Numbered from the stretch's first letter, positions 10,496 to 19,587 are shown. The stretch: 47,081 nucleotides of DNA from Acidimicrobiia bacterium (GCA_009838635.1 VXRE01000002.1:17607-64687), one strand, 5' to 3'. The notes: generated by a model from the letters alone, not told the origin. Program-made: numbers and translations.

Positions 10496-10781
10496 TTAGC
10501 GCCAAGCACCGAGACTGGCCGACAGCACGGAACCGATCGGAACGGTCAGCCGAAGGGAACAGAGCTTCATGGAGCGGAGGCCGATCTCCCGGCAGCCAGC
10601 CGGGCGTGGCCCATCACGCTCCAAACCGGATAGGTGGTGGTGGGGGCGGGCCCTTGGCCGGAGGTCCGGTTTTCGCGACGTTCGCCCTCTAGCGGTTCTT
10701 GAGGCAGAGGGCGTCACGTATGACGTTCTGATCCTCAGGTTCGCCGCCGCTGCCGGTCTCTCGGGTCCTTAGGCGCGCTGA
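10496..10781 (+). ncRNA. Candidate ~285-nt structured ncRNA (Ms1/6S-like architecture, family unassigned)
   Basis: Long-range pairing 10511-19/10752-60, 10530-34/10738-42, 10535-43/10725-33, 10545-48/10721-24. Internal hairpins 10570-76/10617-23, 10624-30/10665-71, 10683-90/10706-13. G-U wobbles fit only the + strand, and a promoter lies upstream. Confidence 0.65.
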
Positions 10782-10839
10782 CAGTTGCGATGTTCTCGAA
10801 GCGTCACCTCGACCACACTGCCGACCAGGGCGTTATGGA

Positions 10840-12369
10840 TCACATCTGGAGGCCGGCGATCAGTTCCTGCTTGAGGCTGGACAGCTCCGGGCTCAGCGAC
10901 ACGTGGTAGGTGTGGGGGTTGACCAGCCGCCGTACTCCGGGATCCAGGCGGGAGAGATCCGCTGACCGTCGTGCTCTTGCGGCTACGAGATCGCCGAAAT
11001 CGCCGGCAACCCGCCGGCCGGCCTTCAGCACCGTCACCCTGAGCGGTTCCACCTCCGAGACCTGCCGGGCGGTCAGGGTCCGACTCACCTCGGGATGGCC
11101 GGGATGGACCAACTGGATGGGCCGGGCGCCCGGATCGAAGCCCTCGAGGGTGATCAGGTCGGCCGTGGCCGTTCCTCGGTGGTTATAGATCCTCCACAGC
11201 CGCTTGCGGCCCGGATCCAGCACCTTGGAGGGCGTCTCCGAGATCTTGATCGCCGCGGTCCACTCGCTGCTCGAGTCCTTGACCGCGACCAGCTTGAAGA
11301 CACCGTTGGGGCTCGGGCAACCGTCCGAGGTGACCAGGCGGGTACCCACTCCGTAGACGAGCCGGTCCAGCAGGCTTCCCGCATCCACCCCGTAGTCACC
11401 GGCCTCCTCCAGGATCTGGTTTCGCACCTGCCAGATGGTGAGCTCGTCCAGATCGGAGGAGAGCACGATCGCCACGTCTTCGAAGCCGGCCCGGTCGAGC
11501 ATGGCTGCGGCCCTGACCGCCAGGTAGGCCAGGTCGCCCGAATCGAGCCGGATCCCCACCGGTCGGTGGCCTCTTCGGCTCAACTCCTCGAATACCTTGA
11601 TGGCGTTTGGCAGGCCCGACTCGAGGGTGTTGATCGTGTCGACGAGGAGCAGGCAGTCATCGGGATACAGGTCGGCATAGGCCCTGAAGGCCTCGAGCTC
11701 GCTCCCCGATTCGGCGATGAACACCTGGACCAGCGAATGGGCATGGGTGCCGCGCGACTCGAAGCCCAGCCGGTGGGAGGTGGCGAAGTTGGAGGATCCC
11801 GCCGCGCCGCCGATGAGAGCCGCCCGGGTGGCCGAATCGGCTGCAGGGCCGGGCGCCCGTCGCATCCCGAATTCCAGCACCGCGGTCCCCCCGGCCGCCT
11901 CCACCGCCCGGGAGGTCTTGGTGGCCACCAGCGTGGCGTAATTGAGCCGGTTCAGCAGGGGGGTCTCAAGCAACTGGGCCACGGCCAACGGCGCCTCGAC
12001 GGTCACGACCGGCGTCTTGGGATGCACCACCCGGCCTTCCGGAATCGCCCACATCGAGAGGGACGCGAACCCGTCCGATCGGGTCAGCCATTCGATGAAG
12101 GGGTCGCCGAAGAGGCGCTTGCCGGAGCTGGTCTGCACTGTGCGCAGGGCGTCAGCCTCCGCGGGCCCGAACCAGGTGTGCTCCATCCAGTCGATCAGCG
12201 GTCCGAGGCCGGCGGTGATGCAGTATCCGGCCTGGTGGTCGCCGTAGTCGGGATAATGCCGGAAGTGGTAGTCGAACTGGGCGGTCCGGTCGGCCAGACC
12301 ATAGCTGTGGTAGAGCTGAGCCATGGTCAGCTGGTAATGATCGGTGGCCAGGATGCCCTCGGTGAGCAC
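10840..12369 (-). CDS. pncB: Nicotinate phosphoribosyltransferase
   Basis: [29 protein letters not shown] (phospho-His), [24 protein letters not shown]. Confidence 0.95.
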   Translation of the reverse strand: MLTEGILATDHYQLTMAQLYHSYGLADRTAQFDYHFRHYPDYGDHQAGYCITAGLGPLIDWMEHTWFGPAEADALRTVQTSSGKRLFGDPFIEWLTRSDGFASLSMWAIPEGRVVHPKTPVVTVEAPLAVAQLLETPLLNRLNYATLVATKTSRAVEAAGGTAVLEFGMRRAPGPAADSATRAALIGGAAGSSNFATSHRLGFESRGTHAHSLVQVFIAESGSELEAFRAYADLYPDDCLLLVDTINTLESGLPNAIKVFEELSRRGHRPVGIRLDSGDLAYLAVRAAAMLDRAGFEDVAIVLSSDLDELTIWQVRNQILEEAGDYGVDAGSLLDRLVYGVGTRLVTSDGCPSPNGVFKLVAVKDSSSEWTAAIKISETPSKVLDPGRKRLWRIYNHRGTATADLITLEGFDPGARPIQLVHPGHPEVSRTLTARQVSEVEPLRVTVLKAGRRVAGDFGDLVAARARRSADLSRLDPGVRRLVNPHTYHVSLSPELSSLKQELIAGLQM

Positions 12370-12375
12370 GCCGCC

Positions 12376-12397
12376 ACGTTACCCGAGCAGGTACTCT
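12376..12397. promoter_or_regulatory. Back-to-back -10 elements for leaderless pncB and pncA
   Basis: TAACGT (minus, 12376-12381) and TACTCT (plus, 12392-12397), each 6 nt before a GTG start. Confidence 0.6.
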
Positions 12398-12403
12398 CAA
12401 GAC

Positions 12404-12991
12404 GTGACTGCCTATGCGCCGGACACCGCGCTGGTCGTGGTGGACGTCCAGAACGACTTCGCCGATCCGGATGGAAGCCTGTACGTTCCGGGCGGGGACA
12501 CTCAGGTGGTCCCGGCGGTGAACCACCAGATCACCTTGGCGTTGGAGGCGGGCGCCTCCGTCTTCTACACCCAGGACTGGCACCCGGAGCGGACCCCGCA
12601 CTTCGCCATCGACGGGGGCATCTGGCCGGTTCATTGCGTGGCCGGGACCGCCGGCGCCGACTTCCACCCCGACCTCCGGATCGAAGGCCCCAGTGTCCAC
12701 AAGGGCGCCGGGGGGGAGGACGGCTACTCGGGATTCACGATGCGTGATCCGACGTCGGGCGAGGAGATTCCCACCGAGCTGGCTTCCATGATCAGGAAGG
12801 CGGGTTGCCACCACGTCGTGGTGGTGGGGCTGGCCCTCGACTATTGCGTGAAGGACACGGCCCTCGATGCAGCCAGGGAAGGGTTCGACACCACCGTGCT
12901 CCTCGCTGCCACCGCGGCGGTCAACCTGGACCCCGGCGACGGGAAGGCGGCGGTCGAGCAGCTACGCGGGGCGGGCGTAACGGTCGATTGA
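12404..12991 (+). CDS. pncA: Nicotinamidase/pyrazinamidase (isochorismatase family)
   Basis: VVVDVQNDF, TQDWHP, WPVHCV, KG...YSGF, GLALDYCV. Start moved to GTG 12404 to avoid overlap with pncB. Confidence 0.93.
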   Translation: MTAYAPDTALVVVDVQNDFADPDGSLYVPGGDTQVVPAVNHQITLALEAGASVFYTQDWHPERTPHFAIDGGIWPVHCVAGTAGADFHPDLRIEGPSVHKGAGGEDGYSGFTMRDPTSGEEIPTELASMIRKAGCHHVVVVGLALDYCVKDTALDAAREGFDTTVLLAATAAVNLDPGDGKAAVEQLRGAGVTVD

Positions 12992-13063
12992 GCGACGTTT
13001 CCCGGATGTGTTCCGGGCCGTCGTTGCCGCCCAGCAGGTCAGCGGGATGTCTTCGGTGCCTTC

Positions 13064-13873
13064 CTAGTACATCACCAGGCCGCCGCTGACGTTGATGGTG
13101 GCGCCGTTTACGAAGCTGGCGTGCCGGGAGGCGAGGAACACCGCCACTGCCGCCACCTCCTCGGGGCGGCCCATCCGGCCTAGGGGGCACTGGGCGGCAG
13201 TACGGGCGGACATCTCGGGAGGGTTGTCCAGGTGTTGCATCGGGGTGTCGATCTGGCCGGGCGAGATGGTGTTGACCAGGATTTCGTGCGGACCGAAGGA
13301 GCGGGCCAGGCCACGGGTCATGGCGACGATCCCGGCTTTGCCGATCACGTAGGCGTCGCTCCCCAGGAACGGCCCGGTCATCCAGGCCATCGAGGCGAAG
13401 TTGATGATGCGGCCGCCACCCCCGGCTGCCACCATCGCGTTGCCCGCCTCGCGACTCAGCAGGAATGACGCTTTCACGTTCACGTCCATCTGCAGGTTCC
13501 AGGCCTCGTCGTCGACCTCGTCGAGGCTGCGCCGGCGGAGCACCGCGGCTACGTTGGCCAGCGCCCACAGGTCGCCGAGACGCTCCACCAAGGACGCGAC
13601 CAGCTGCGGTATGGCCGATGAGTCGGAGAGGTCGAACACCACCGGCAGGTGACCGTCTCCCGGGAGCTCCGACAGGGTGGATCGGAGACCCGGCTCGTCC
13701 CGATCGATGGCCGCCACACGGGCCCCGGCCGCGGCCATGGAGATGGTGACCGCACGCCCGATCCCGCTGGCTGCGCCGGTGACGATCACGCCGCGGCCTG
13801 CCAACCCGGCGCCCAGGTACGACCGGCCGGAGCGGTTCGGGCTGTCCGCGGTCGATGGAGTGGTGCCGGTCAT
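13064..13873 (-). CDS. Short-chain dehydrogenase/reductase (paralog A)
   Basis: TGAASGIG, NVAA, YVIGK (YxxxK), NTISPG. Real start ATG 13873 overlaps the upstream stop; the track's 614-aa ORF is over-extended. Confidence 0.9.
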   Translation of the reverse strand: MTGTTPSTADSPNRSGRSYLGAGLAGRGVIVTGAASGIGRAVTISMAAAGARVAAIDRDEPGLRSTLSELPGDGHLPVVFDLSDSSAIPQLVASLVERLGDLWALANVAAVLRRRSLDEVDDEAWNLQMDVNVKASFLLSREAGNAMVAAGGGGRIINFASMAWMTGPFLGSDAYVIGKAGIVAMTRGLARSFGPHEILVNTISPGQIDTPMQHLDNPPEMSARTAAQCPLGRMGRPEEVAAVAVFLASRHASFVNGATINVSGGLVMY

Positions 13874-14952
13874 GGCCGTCCGGCGGCGGCCGTCCGGGCC
13901 AGGCCCGGAACCGCCAGCAGGCGGGCCGGGTTGGTGACCATCAGGGTTTCCACCTCCGCATCGCCCCAGCCTGCGCTCCTGAGCAGCGGGACCACATGAT
14001 CGAGGATGTGGGCGTATCCCCAGCCCCCGTAGGCCAGCAGGCGGGTCTTCACCCCGCCCATGTCCTGGGAGACGAACAACTGATCGGCGAAGCCTTGCTC
14101 GGCCAGGTCCGCAATCCGCGCCACCACGTCGAAGTCGCTGGGCGGGTACTTGCCCAGGCCGATCAGCGAGTGGTCGAAGCCCATCAGGTCGAAGCCGAGG
14201 TTGGTCCCCCTGCCCAGCAGGTCGACCAGGTAGGGCGGATGGCCGACCGCCGTGTTCATGTGGCCCAGGATCACCCGGCGGGGGTCGACCCCCTCTGACT
14301 CGAGGATGTCGAGCACATGCCCGCCCTCGAAGCCCCACGGGTGTACGTGGATGCTGATCGGTAGGCGGGTCTCGAGATGGGCCCATGCCGCGGCCCGGAC
14401 GACACGTTCCTCCTCGGGTTGGACCGGGTCGCCGGTTCCGATCTCCCCGATGATTCCGGGACGGACACCGGTGTCGCCCACCCCGTGGCGCCACTCGTCG
14501 ATCAGCTCGCCGGCGATGGCTTCCGTGGTTCGCCGGGCAATGTCGGGCGGATGGCTTCCGGCCAGGTAGTAGCCACCGCCCATGATCACCTGCACCCCGC
14601 TGTGCTCGGCGATGCGCTGCAGGATGCCGGGATCCCTTGACAGGTGGCTGGGGGTCACGTCCACGATGGTGCGGCCTCCGGCCGCGCGGAACGGCTCCAA
14701 CTCGGCCACGACCTGATCGGGATCCGTCTGGTGGTAGTTGTCCGGGAAGCCGCCGGGGTTCCATCGGGCTTCGGCGGCAGTCTCGAGGGTCAGCGGCGCC
14801 TCCGAGACCACCGGGTAACCGTGGATGCGGAGGATCGGCCGGCAATCCATGTGGAGGTGTTCGTGGATATGGGTAGGACCCAGTTCGGAGACGGGAACGG
14901 GTCCCCACACCGTCATCGCCCGAGGGCGCCCCTCCGGCTCCGGAACGTTCAC
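13870..14952 (-). CDS. Phosphotriesterase-related (PTE/PHP) amidohydrolase
   Basis: LGPTHIHEHL, GGRTIVDVT, GIIGEIG (Glu bridge, PHP/PTER-type), ISIH, ILGH, SQD, NPARLL. Confidence 0.9.
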   Translation of the reverse strand: MNVPEPEGRPRAMTVWGPVPVSELGPTHIHEHLHMDCRPILRIHGYPVVSEAPLTLETAAEARWNPGGFPDNYHQTDPDQVVAELEPFRAAGGRTIVDVTPSHLSRDPGILQRIAEHSGVQVIMGGGYYLAGSHPPDIARRTTEAIAGELIDEWRHGVGDTGVRPGIIGEIGTGDPVQPEEERVVRAAAWAHLETRLPISIHVHPWGFEGGHVLDILESEGVDPRRVILGHMNTAVGHPPYLVDLLGRGTNLGFDLMGFDHSLIGLGKYPPSDFDVVARIADLAEQGFADQLFVSQDMGGVKTRLLAYGGWGYAHILDHVVPLLRSAGWGDAEVETLMVTNPARLLAVPGLARTAAAGRP

Positions 14953-15974
14953 CAGCCCGATCCGAAGTCGATCACCGAGCGGACCACCCGCCCGGCCCGG
15001 AGATCATCGAGAGCGTCGTTCACCTGATCGAGCGGCCGCCGGTTCCCGACCAGGTGGTCGGTAGTGATGGCGCCGCCGCGGTGGAGGTCCAGCACCTCCC
15101 GGATGTCCAAAGGGGTGAAGCCGCGGGAGCCCGAGAGGGCGGCTTCCCTCCAGATCAGGTCCATGGCATTCACCGGGAAGGGGTCCAGCGTGGCGCCGAC
15201 CGCGATCACCCGGCAGCCGATGCCGGCGGACTCGACCGCCTGAGAGAAGACCTCCGCCGACCCGACCGTCTGGATGATGATGTCCGGTCCTCCCGGTCCG
15301 GCTGCCTCCTTGACCCGCTCGCTGATACCGGGGCCCGTCCTGATAGCGACCTCGGCCCCCATCCTCACGGCCAGTTCGAGGCTCGCATCGGCGCGGCTCA
15401 CCGCGATCACGCGGCAGCCCAGGTAGGCGGCCAGCTGCACGGCGTTGGCCCCGATCCCTCCGATCCCGAATACCACGACCGTCTCACCGGGCCGGGCCGC
15501 GGCTCTCTGTACGAGAGCGTGGTAGGGCGTCGCCACCGCATCGGTGAGCACCGCCACCGCGGCCGGATCGTCATGTTCGGTCACCGGAATGACCGACCGG
15601 GCGGGGATGACCACCCGCTCGGCAAAGGCGCCGTTGAACTCCACGCCCATGCGGCGCACGCCCAGGCACATGTTGACCCGCCCGGACCGACATATCCGGC
15701 ACGTCCCGCAGTAGTCGATGTAGTAGAGGGCTACCGGCTGGCCGATGCCGACCGAGTCGATCCCCGGACCCAAGGACGACACCACGCCGGCCGCCTCATG
15801 CCCGGGGATGATCGGAATGGTCGAGTCGAAGCCGCCCTTTTGGAGGAACAGATCGCTCCCGCAGACCCCGCACGCCCGGATGTCGACCACGACCTGTCCG
15901 GGACCCGGGACCGGATCGGGTATCTCGGTCAGTTCGAGCGGCCCACCGTATTCCCTGAGGACCGCGGCCCGCAC
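14949..15974 (-). CDS. Zinc-dependent (MDR) alcohol dehydrogenase
   Basis: CGVCGSD, GHEAAG, structural CxxCxxC-x7-C, DAVATPYHA, GIGGIG. Confidence 0.92.
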   Translation of the reverse strand: MRAAVLREYGGPLELTEIPDPVPGPGQVVVDIRACGVCGSDLFLQKGGFDSTIPIIPGHEAAGVVSSLGPGIDSVGIGQPVALYYIDYCGTCRICRSGRVNMCLGVRRMGVEFNGAFAERVVIPARSVIPVTEHDDPAAVAVLTDAVATPYHALVQRAAARPGETVVVFGIGGIGANAVQLAAYLGCRVIAVSRADASLELAVRMGAEVAIRTGPGISERVKEAAGPGGPDIIIQTVGSAEVFSQAVESAGIGCRVIAVGATLDPFPVNAMDLIWREAALSGSRGFTPLDIREVLDLHRGGAITTDHLVGNRRPLDQVNDALDDLRAGRVVRSVIDFGSGW

Positions 15975-15977
15975 CGC

Positions 15978-17099
15978 CTACCCCGTGCCGGGCAGTCCCA
16001 GCGAACCGGCGTCCGGCATGGGCGGAGCATCGAAGTTCGACGAGCCGAACACGTCCGGCTTCTTGCGTCCCACCCTGGTGTAGTACTCCTCGGGGACCTG
16101 GGTGGGATCCTTGAACATCTCCCACTGGCACTTCTGCCGCACGTCGGGGTCCGGATCGGTGTCCGGGTAGATAGGTGGATCCACGGTCCGGACCGGGTAG
16201 CCGAACCGGTCCATCGGCATCTCCTCCATCAGGATGATGCAGTGCGCGCAGTAGAGGCAAACCCCCTTCTGGTAATGGTTCCAGGAGGCCTCCTCCTGGC
16301 TGACACCCCAGTTGTAAGGGGGTTCCATGCGGGCCGGGGTCCCCTCGATCCAGTCTCCCCGGATGGTGCGCTGGCCCGATGAGCAGGGGTCGAACCGCAG
16401 GATGAAGCGATCGTCGGTCTCGATCAGCTCGAAGTCACCGGTGCGTTCCGGTCCCACCAGGTGGCCTCGCATGGACTCGCACGCCACGTTCATCAGCGTC
16501 TCGAGGGCTTCGTCCCAGGGGTGCTTGTCGATGTCGAACTTCTCGTAGCGCCACGCGAACAAGGGCTCCAGCACGACCTTGTACATGTCCACGATGCCCT
16601 CGCCGCCGAAGCGGTCTTGTATCTCCGACATGAGGCCGTAGGTGTGGTCGACATCCCGGTCGTGGGTCTGCCGCCATGTCTCCTTCATGGTGTCGAGGGC
16701 GGCCAGCGCCTGGTCGGCCTCCTCCCGGAAGAGGTGGGACAGCAGCTTTCTCTGTGCCCGCTTGAAGCGGTCCCAGTGGCGGTGGGCGTTCCAGGGCGAG
16801 CCGTCGGGAAGGGTGATCTTGGTGACGATGTCGGCGGTAATGCCGGCCAGTTCTTCAGGGGACACGCCGTTGTTCTGCAGGAAGTTGCTCAGGTCGTTGA
16901 TCCACTGGCGGTAGAGGATGAAGCAGACGCTGGCCTCGTCGATGAAGTAGTCCGCCAGATCTGCGGCGTGGTCCCAGCGTTCCTCGGCCACAGCCTCGCG
17001 GATCTTCCGGTAGGTGGAGATCTTCTGGTCTTCCCAGCTGCCGAGGCGGATCCTTCTGCCGACCGCCTCAGAGAACTCGATACGGGTCTCGGTCGTCAT
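15978..17099 (-). CDS. Uncharacterised protein with a Cys/His cluster (possible metalloenzyme)
   Basis: Strong RBS (AAGGAGG) and normal codon usage. First gene of a four-gene operon. Motifs THDRD, SMRGH, FDPCSSGQR, GVCLYCAHC, KCQW. Confidence 0.8.
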   Translation of the reverse strand: MTTETRIEFSEAVGRRIRLGSWEDQKISTYRKIREAVAEERWDHAADLADYFIDEASVCFILYRQWINDLSNFLQNNGVSPEELAGITADIVTKITLPDGSPWNAHRHWDRFKRAQRKLLSHLFREEADQALAALDTMKETWRQTHDRDVDHTYGLMSEIQDRFGGEGIVDMYKVVLEPLFAWRYEKFDIDKHPWDEALETLMNVACESMRGHLVGPERTGDFELIETDDRFILRFDPCSSGQRTIRGDWIEGTPARMEPPYNWGVSQEEASWNHYQKGVCLYCAHCIILMEEMPMDRFGYPVRTVDPPIYPDTDPDPDVRQKCQWEMFKDPTQVPEEYYTRVGRKKPDVFGSSNFDAPPMPDAGSLGLPGTG

Positions 17100-17160
17100 A
17101 CTTGCCTCCTTGCGGTAATGCTATGGGGATTCGTCGGTTGCCCGTGACGTGGAATCGACG

Positions 17161-17487
17161 CTATCGGCAGTCTACGGCCGTTGCCAAAGCGGCGCAGACC
17201 TGGCGCATCCGCTCACCGCTGAGCTTGCCCAGGCGCGAGGTGAGGTGGGCTACCGAGACGTTGAAAGTCGAATCCAGCTGCACCACGCTCGGGAGCGGCA
17301 CGGGGTCATCGCCCGGTTCGAGTACGACCTCGGTGGCAAGATGGCGGTTCACCGTACTGCAAGGCGCCCCGATCACGCGTCGCAGGGCGGCTATCGCCGC
17401 GTCTCGCGACAGCACGACCACCGGCCGCCGGTGCTGATCCGAAACCTCGCACCACCACACCTCGCCTCGCTGCGGTAGATCTCTCAC
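17161..17487 (-). CDS. mazF: PemK/MazF-family endoribonuclease toxin
   Basis: PQRGEVWW, RRPVVVLSRD, APCST, EVVLEPG, LGKLS. GTG 17487 overlaps the antitoxin stop (GTGA). Confidence 0.9.
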   Translation of the reverse strand: MRDLPQRGEVWWCEVSDQHRRPVVVLSRDAAIAALRRVIGAPCSTVNRHLATEVVLEPGDDPVPLPSVVQLDSTFNVSVAHLTSRLGKLSGERMRQVCAALATAVDCR

Positions 17488-17720
17488 GTGGAGCCGACCG
17501 CGTCCAGGAAGGCGGCCGGGTTGCCCCACTCATCTTCGGCTTCCAGTGGTAGTGCGTCGTAGATGCCGTACGCCCGGTCGATCTCGGCGGCGTGCAGCTC
17601 CGCGCAGAGCGCGGCCAACGCCCGGTCGAGCAGAGAGGCATTGTTCAGGTCCGGCAAAGCGGCTCTGGCCTGTTCCAGCAATCGGTCACTTACGGTCGTG
17701 CTTACCCTTATCCGTGGCAT
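17484..17720 (-). CDS. mazE: MazE5-like antitoxin
   Basis: MPRIRVSTTVSDRLLEQARA...AAEIDRAY...DEWG, resembling actinobacterial MazE5. Extended -10 (TGcTATCTT) 6 nt before ATG 17720. Confidence 0.8.
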   Translation of the reverse strand: MPRIRVSTTVSDRLLEQARAALPDLNNASLLDRALAALCAELHAAEIDRAYGIYDALPLEAEDEWGNPAAFLDAVGST

Positions 17721-17812
17721 GGCATAAAGATAGCACGAAAGTGGGATGACCGGCCCGACAACTGCCGGACGTAGCCGGCTACGACTGTCGAGGTAGGGAT
17801 GGGTCACGCCCG

Positions 17813-19273
17813 ATGCCTTCGGTGCCCTACCCTGTCCGCCATGCCACCGAGGACACTATGAGGGCCAGGGCCTCGGCTGCCGTGATGCTCCCGTACTGGG
17901 AGTTCTGGGAGTCCAGTGCCGGGGGGGCATCCTTCCGCTCCGAGCGGCGGGGCCTGCTTGACGAAGTGGTCGAGCGGTTGCAGGGGGCGGGCGTCGATGT
18001 GGTGTGGTCGGGCATGGTCGACTCGCCGGAGGCCGGGGCCACGGCAGCAGAGGAGATCGGGGCTGCCGGCGCGCACGTGCTGGTGGTGGCGCAGTCGATG
18101 GCGGTTCCCCCCACCTATGCCATGGCCGCGCTCGATCCGTTGGGCGACCTGCCGGTGGTGGTGTGGGCGGTCCAGCGGGACCGGAGGCTCGGGGCGGGGT
18201 TCGACCAGTCGGATATCACCACGATGGGCGCGACGGTGGGCACGCCCATGCTGACCAACCTGCTGGTCCGATCGGGAAGGCCGTTCGAGCTGGTGGTGGG
18301 CGGGATAGGCGACGAGCCGCTCGTCGAGAAGCTGGCGAGAACGGCAGGCGCGGCTGCGGTGGCCCGCTCATTGGCATCGGCGCGGATCGCCCGGGTGGGT
18401 CGTCCCATCGACGGATACGACTGCGTTGATATCGATGATGAGGTCCTGAGGGCCGCCACCGGCATCGAGCTCATCCCCGTCGATCCGGCCGAGATCCGGA
18501 CTCTCTACCTGGGAGTTTCCGATGTGTCGGGACTGGAGGCCGAGCTGGCGGGCACGTACGAGGACGCGACGGAAGACCAGGAGGACAGGACGCGCTCTCT
18601 GCGGCTGGCGGCGGCGGTGGAGGAACTGGATCGGGCCCGCAGCTTCGATGCCGGGGCCATGAACTGCCACGTGGCGGAGATCAGGTTCGGCGAGGAGCCG
18701 GGGGTCACCCCCTGCTTCGGCATCGGCCGGGAGACGACGAGGGGCGTGCCGTGGGCCTGCGCCGGCGACGTGCTCACCGCGGTGGCCATGCTGGTCGCCA
18801 AGCGGCTGGGTGGCGCGGCCCTGTACCACGAGATCGAGGCGATCGACTTCGAGACCGGCGAGGCGGCCATCGCCAACTCAGGGGAGCACGATCTCGGCTG
18901 GTGCGGTGACGGCACCCGTCCCCGGCTGCAGCCGAACCCCTGGTTCGGGTCGGACCCTATGACCGGCCTCTGCGCCTGGTTCGAGTTGCCGCCCGGCCCG
19001 GCCACCCTGGTGGGATTCACCCCCCACCACGACGAGCCGAGCGGCTTCCGGCTCATAGCCGCCGAGGGGGAGATCACCGGCAGGTCGTTCCCGGACAGTC
19101 CCACGGTGGGGGGCGCCTTCCGGTTCGCGGGCGGGCAGCCGGTGGGCGAGGCCTGGCGGCGCTGGGCGCTGGCCGGCGCCAACCATCACAGCGCGGCCGC
19201 TCCGGGATCCCTGGCCAACGAGGTGGGAGTCGTAGCCCGCTACGTCGGGATCGGCTTCGCCCAGGTCTCGTAG
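17813..19273 (+). CDS. L-arabinose/L-fucose isomerase-superfamily protein (paralog A, atypical active site)
   Basis: Three-domain layout, AMNCH, CAGDVLTA, LYHEIE, ANSGEH, GPATL, AAEGEI, GANHH. Confidence 0.75.
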   Translation: MPSVPYPVRHATEDTMRARASAAVMLPYWEFWESSAGGASFRSERRGLLDEVVERLQGAGVDVVWSGMVDSPEAGATAAEEIGAAGAHVLVVAQSMAVPPTYAMAALDPLGDLPVVVWAVQRDRRLGAGFDQSDITTMGATVGTPMLTNLLVRSGRPFELVVGGIGDEPLVEKLARTAGAAAVARSLASARIARVGRPIDGYDCVDIDDEVLRAATGIELIPVDPAEIRTLYLGVSDVSGLEAELAGTYEDATEDQEDRTRSLRLAAAVEELDRARSFDAGAMNCHVAEIRFGEEPGVTPCFGIGRETTRGVPWACAGDVLTAVAMLVAKRLGGAALYHEIEAIDFETGEAAIANSGEHDLGWCGDGTRPRLQPNPWFGSDPMTGLCAWFELPPGPATLVGFTPHHDEPSGFRLIAAEGEITGRSFPDSPTVGGAFRFAGGQPVGEAWRRWALAGANHHSAAAPGSLANEVGVVARYVGIGFAQVS

Positions 19274-19364
19274 ATGGTTCGCCCGTCAGGACCGGGTGCT
19301 GGCGAGGGCAACAGATCGGGTCCCTGATCGAGTAGGAAACCGAAGAGAACGCGAAAACCTGATA

Positions 19365-19393
19365 TTGAAACTGTAAGAATGTTGTGATATATT
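19365..19393 (+). promoter_or_regulatory. Near-consensus SigA promoter for the small ORF
   Basis: TTGAAA-N17-TATATT, 7 nt before ATG 19401, in an AT-rich patch. Confidence 0.7.
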
Positions 19394-19400
19394 ATCCTAC

Positions 19401-19580
19401 ATGGAAGCGTTGCTCTCGTCGGTCATAAGTGTTGTCGGGGTCCTGTTGGGACTCATGTTCCTCTGGTTGCGGTCGGATATCAAGGCGCTCCGCTCTGTCG
19501 TGTCCGAGGTGGTCGCAACGCTCAAGGATCATGGCGAGAGGCTCGCCAGGCTCGAGGCCCTGCTCCAAAGAGGGCTTTAG
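19401..19580 (+). CDS. 59-aa single-TM coiled-coil small protein
   Basis: Manual translation MEALLSSVISVVGVLLGLMFLWLRSDIKALRSVVSEVVATLKDHGERLARLEALLQRGL. Below the track cut-off, has its own promoter and fills the gap. Confidence 0.7.
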   Translation: MEALLSSVISVVGVLLGLMFLWLRSDIKALRSVVSEVVATLKDHGERLARLEALLQRGL

Positions 19581-19587
19581 GCGACGA

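Noticed and set aside
10471-10772. Short ORFs in the murF-pncB gap (10471-10692, 10496-10717, 10569-10772)
   Set aside because: No RBS, motifs or coding-like composition; the region is better explained by RNA structure.
10496-10781. Assigning the structured RNA as SRP, RNase P, tmRNA or a riboswitch
   Set aside because: No SRP domain IV motif, no GAGGAAAGUCC, no tRNA-like ends. The next gene is convergent, so a cis-acting leader is unlikely.
13874-14908. Apparent 345-aa N-terminal extension or fusion on the SDR
   Set aside because: Overlaps the PTE gene out of frame and is low-complexity Arg/Pro/Gly. ATG 13873 gives normal coupling and matches the paralog's length.
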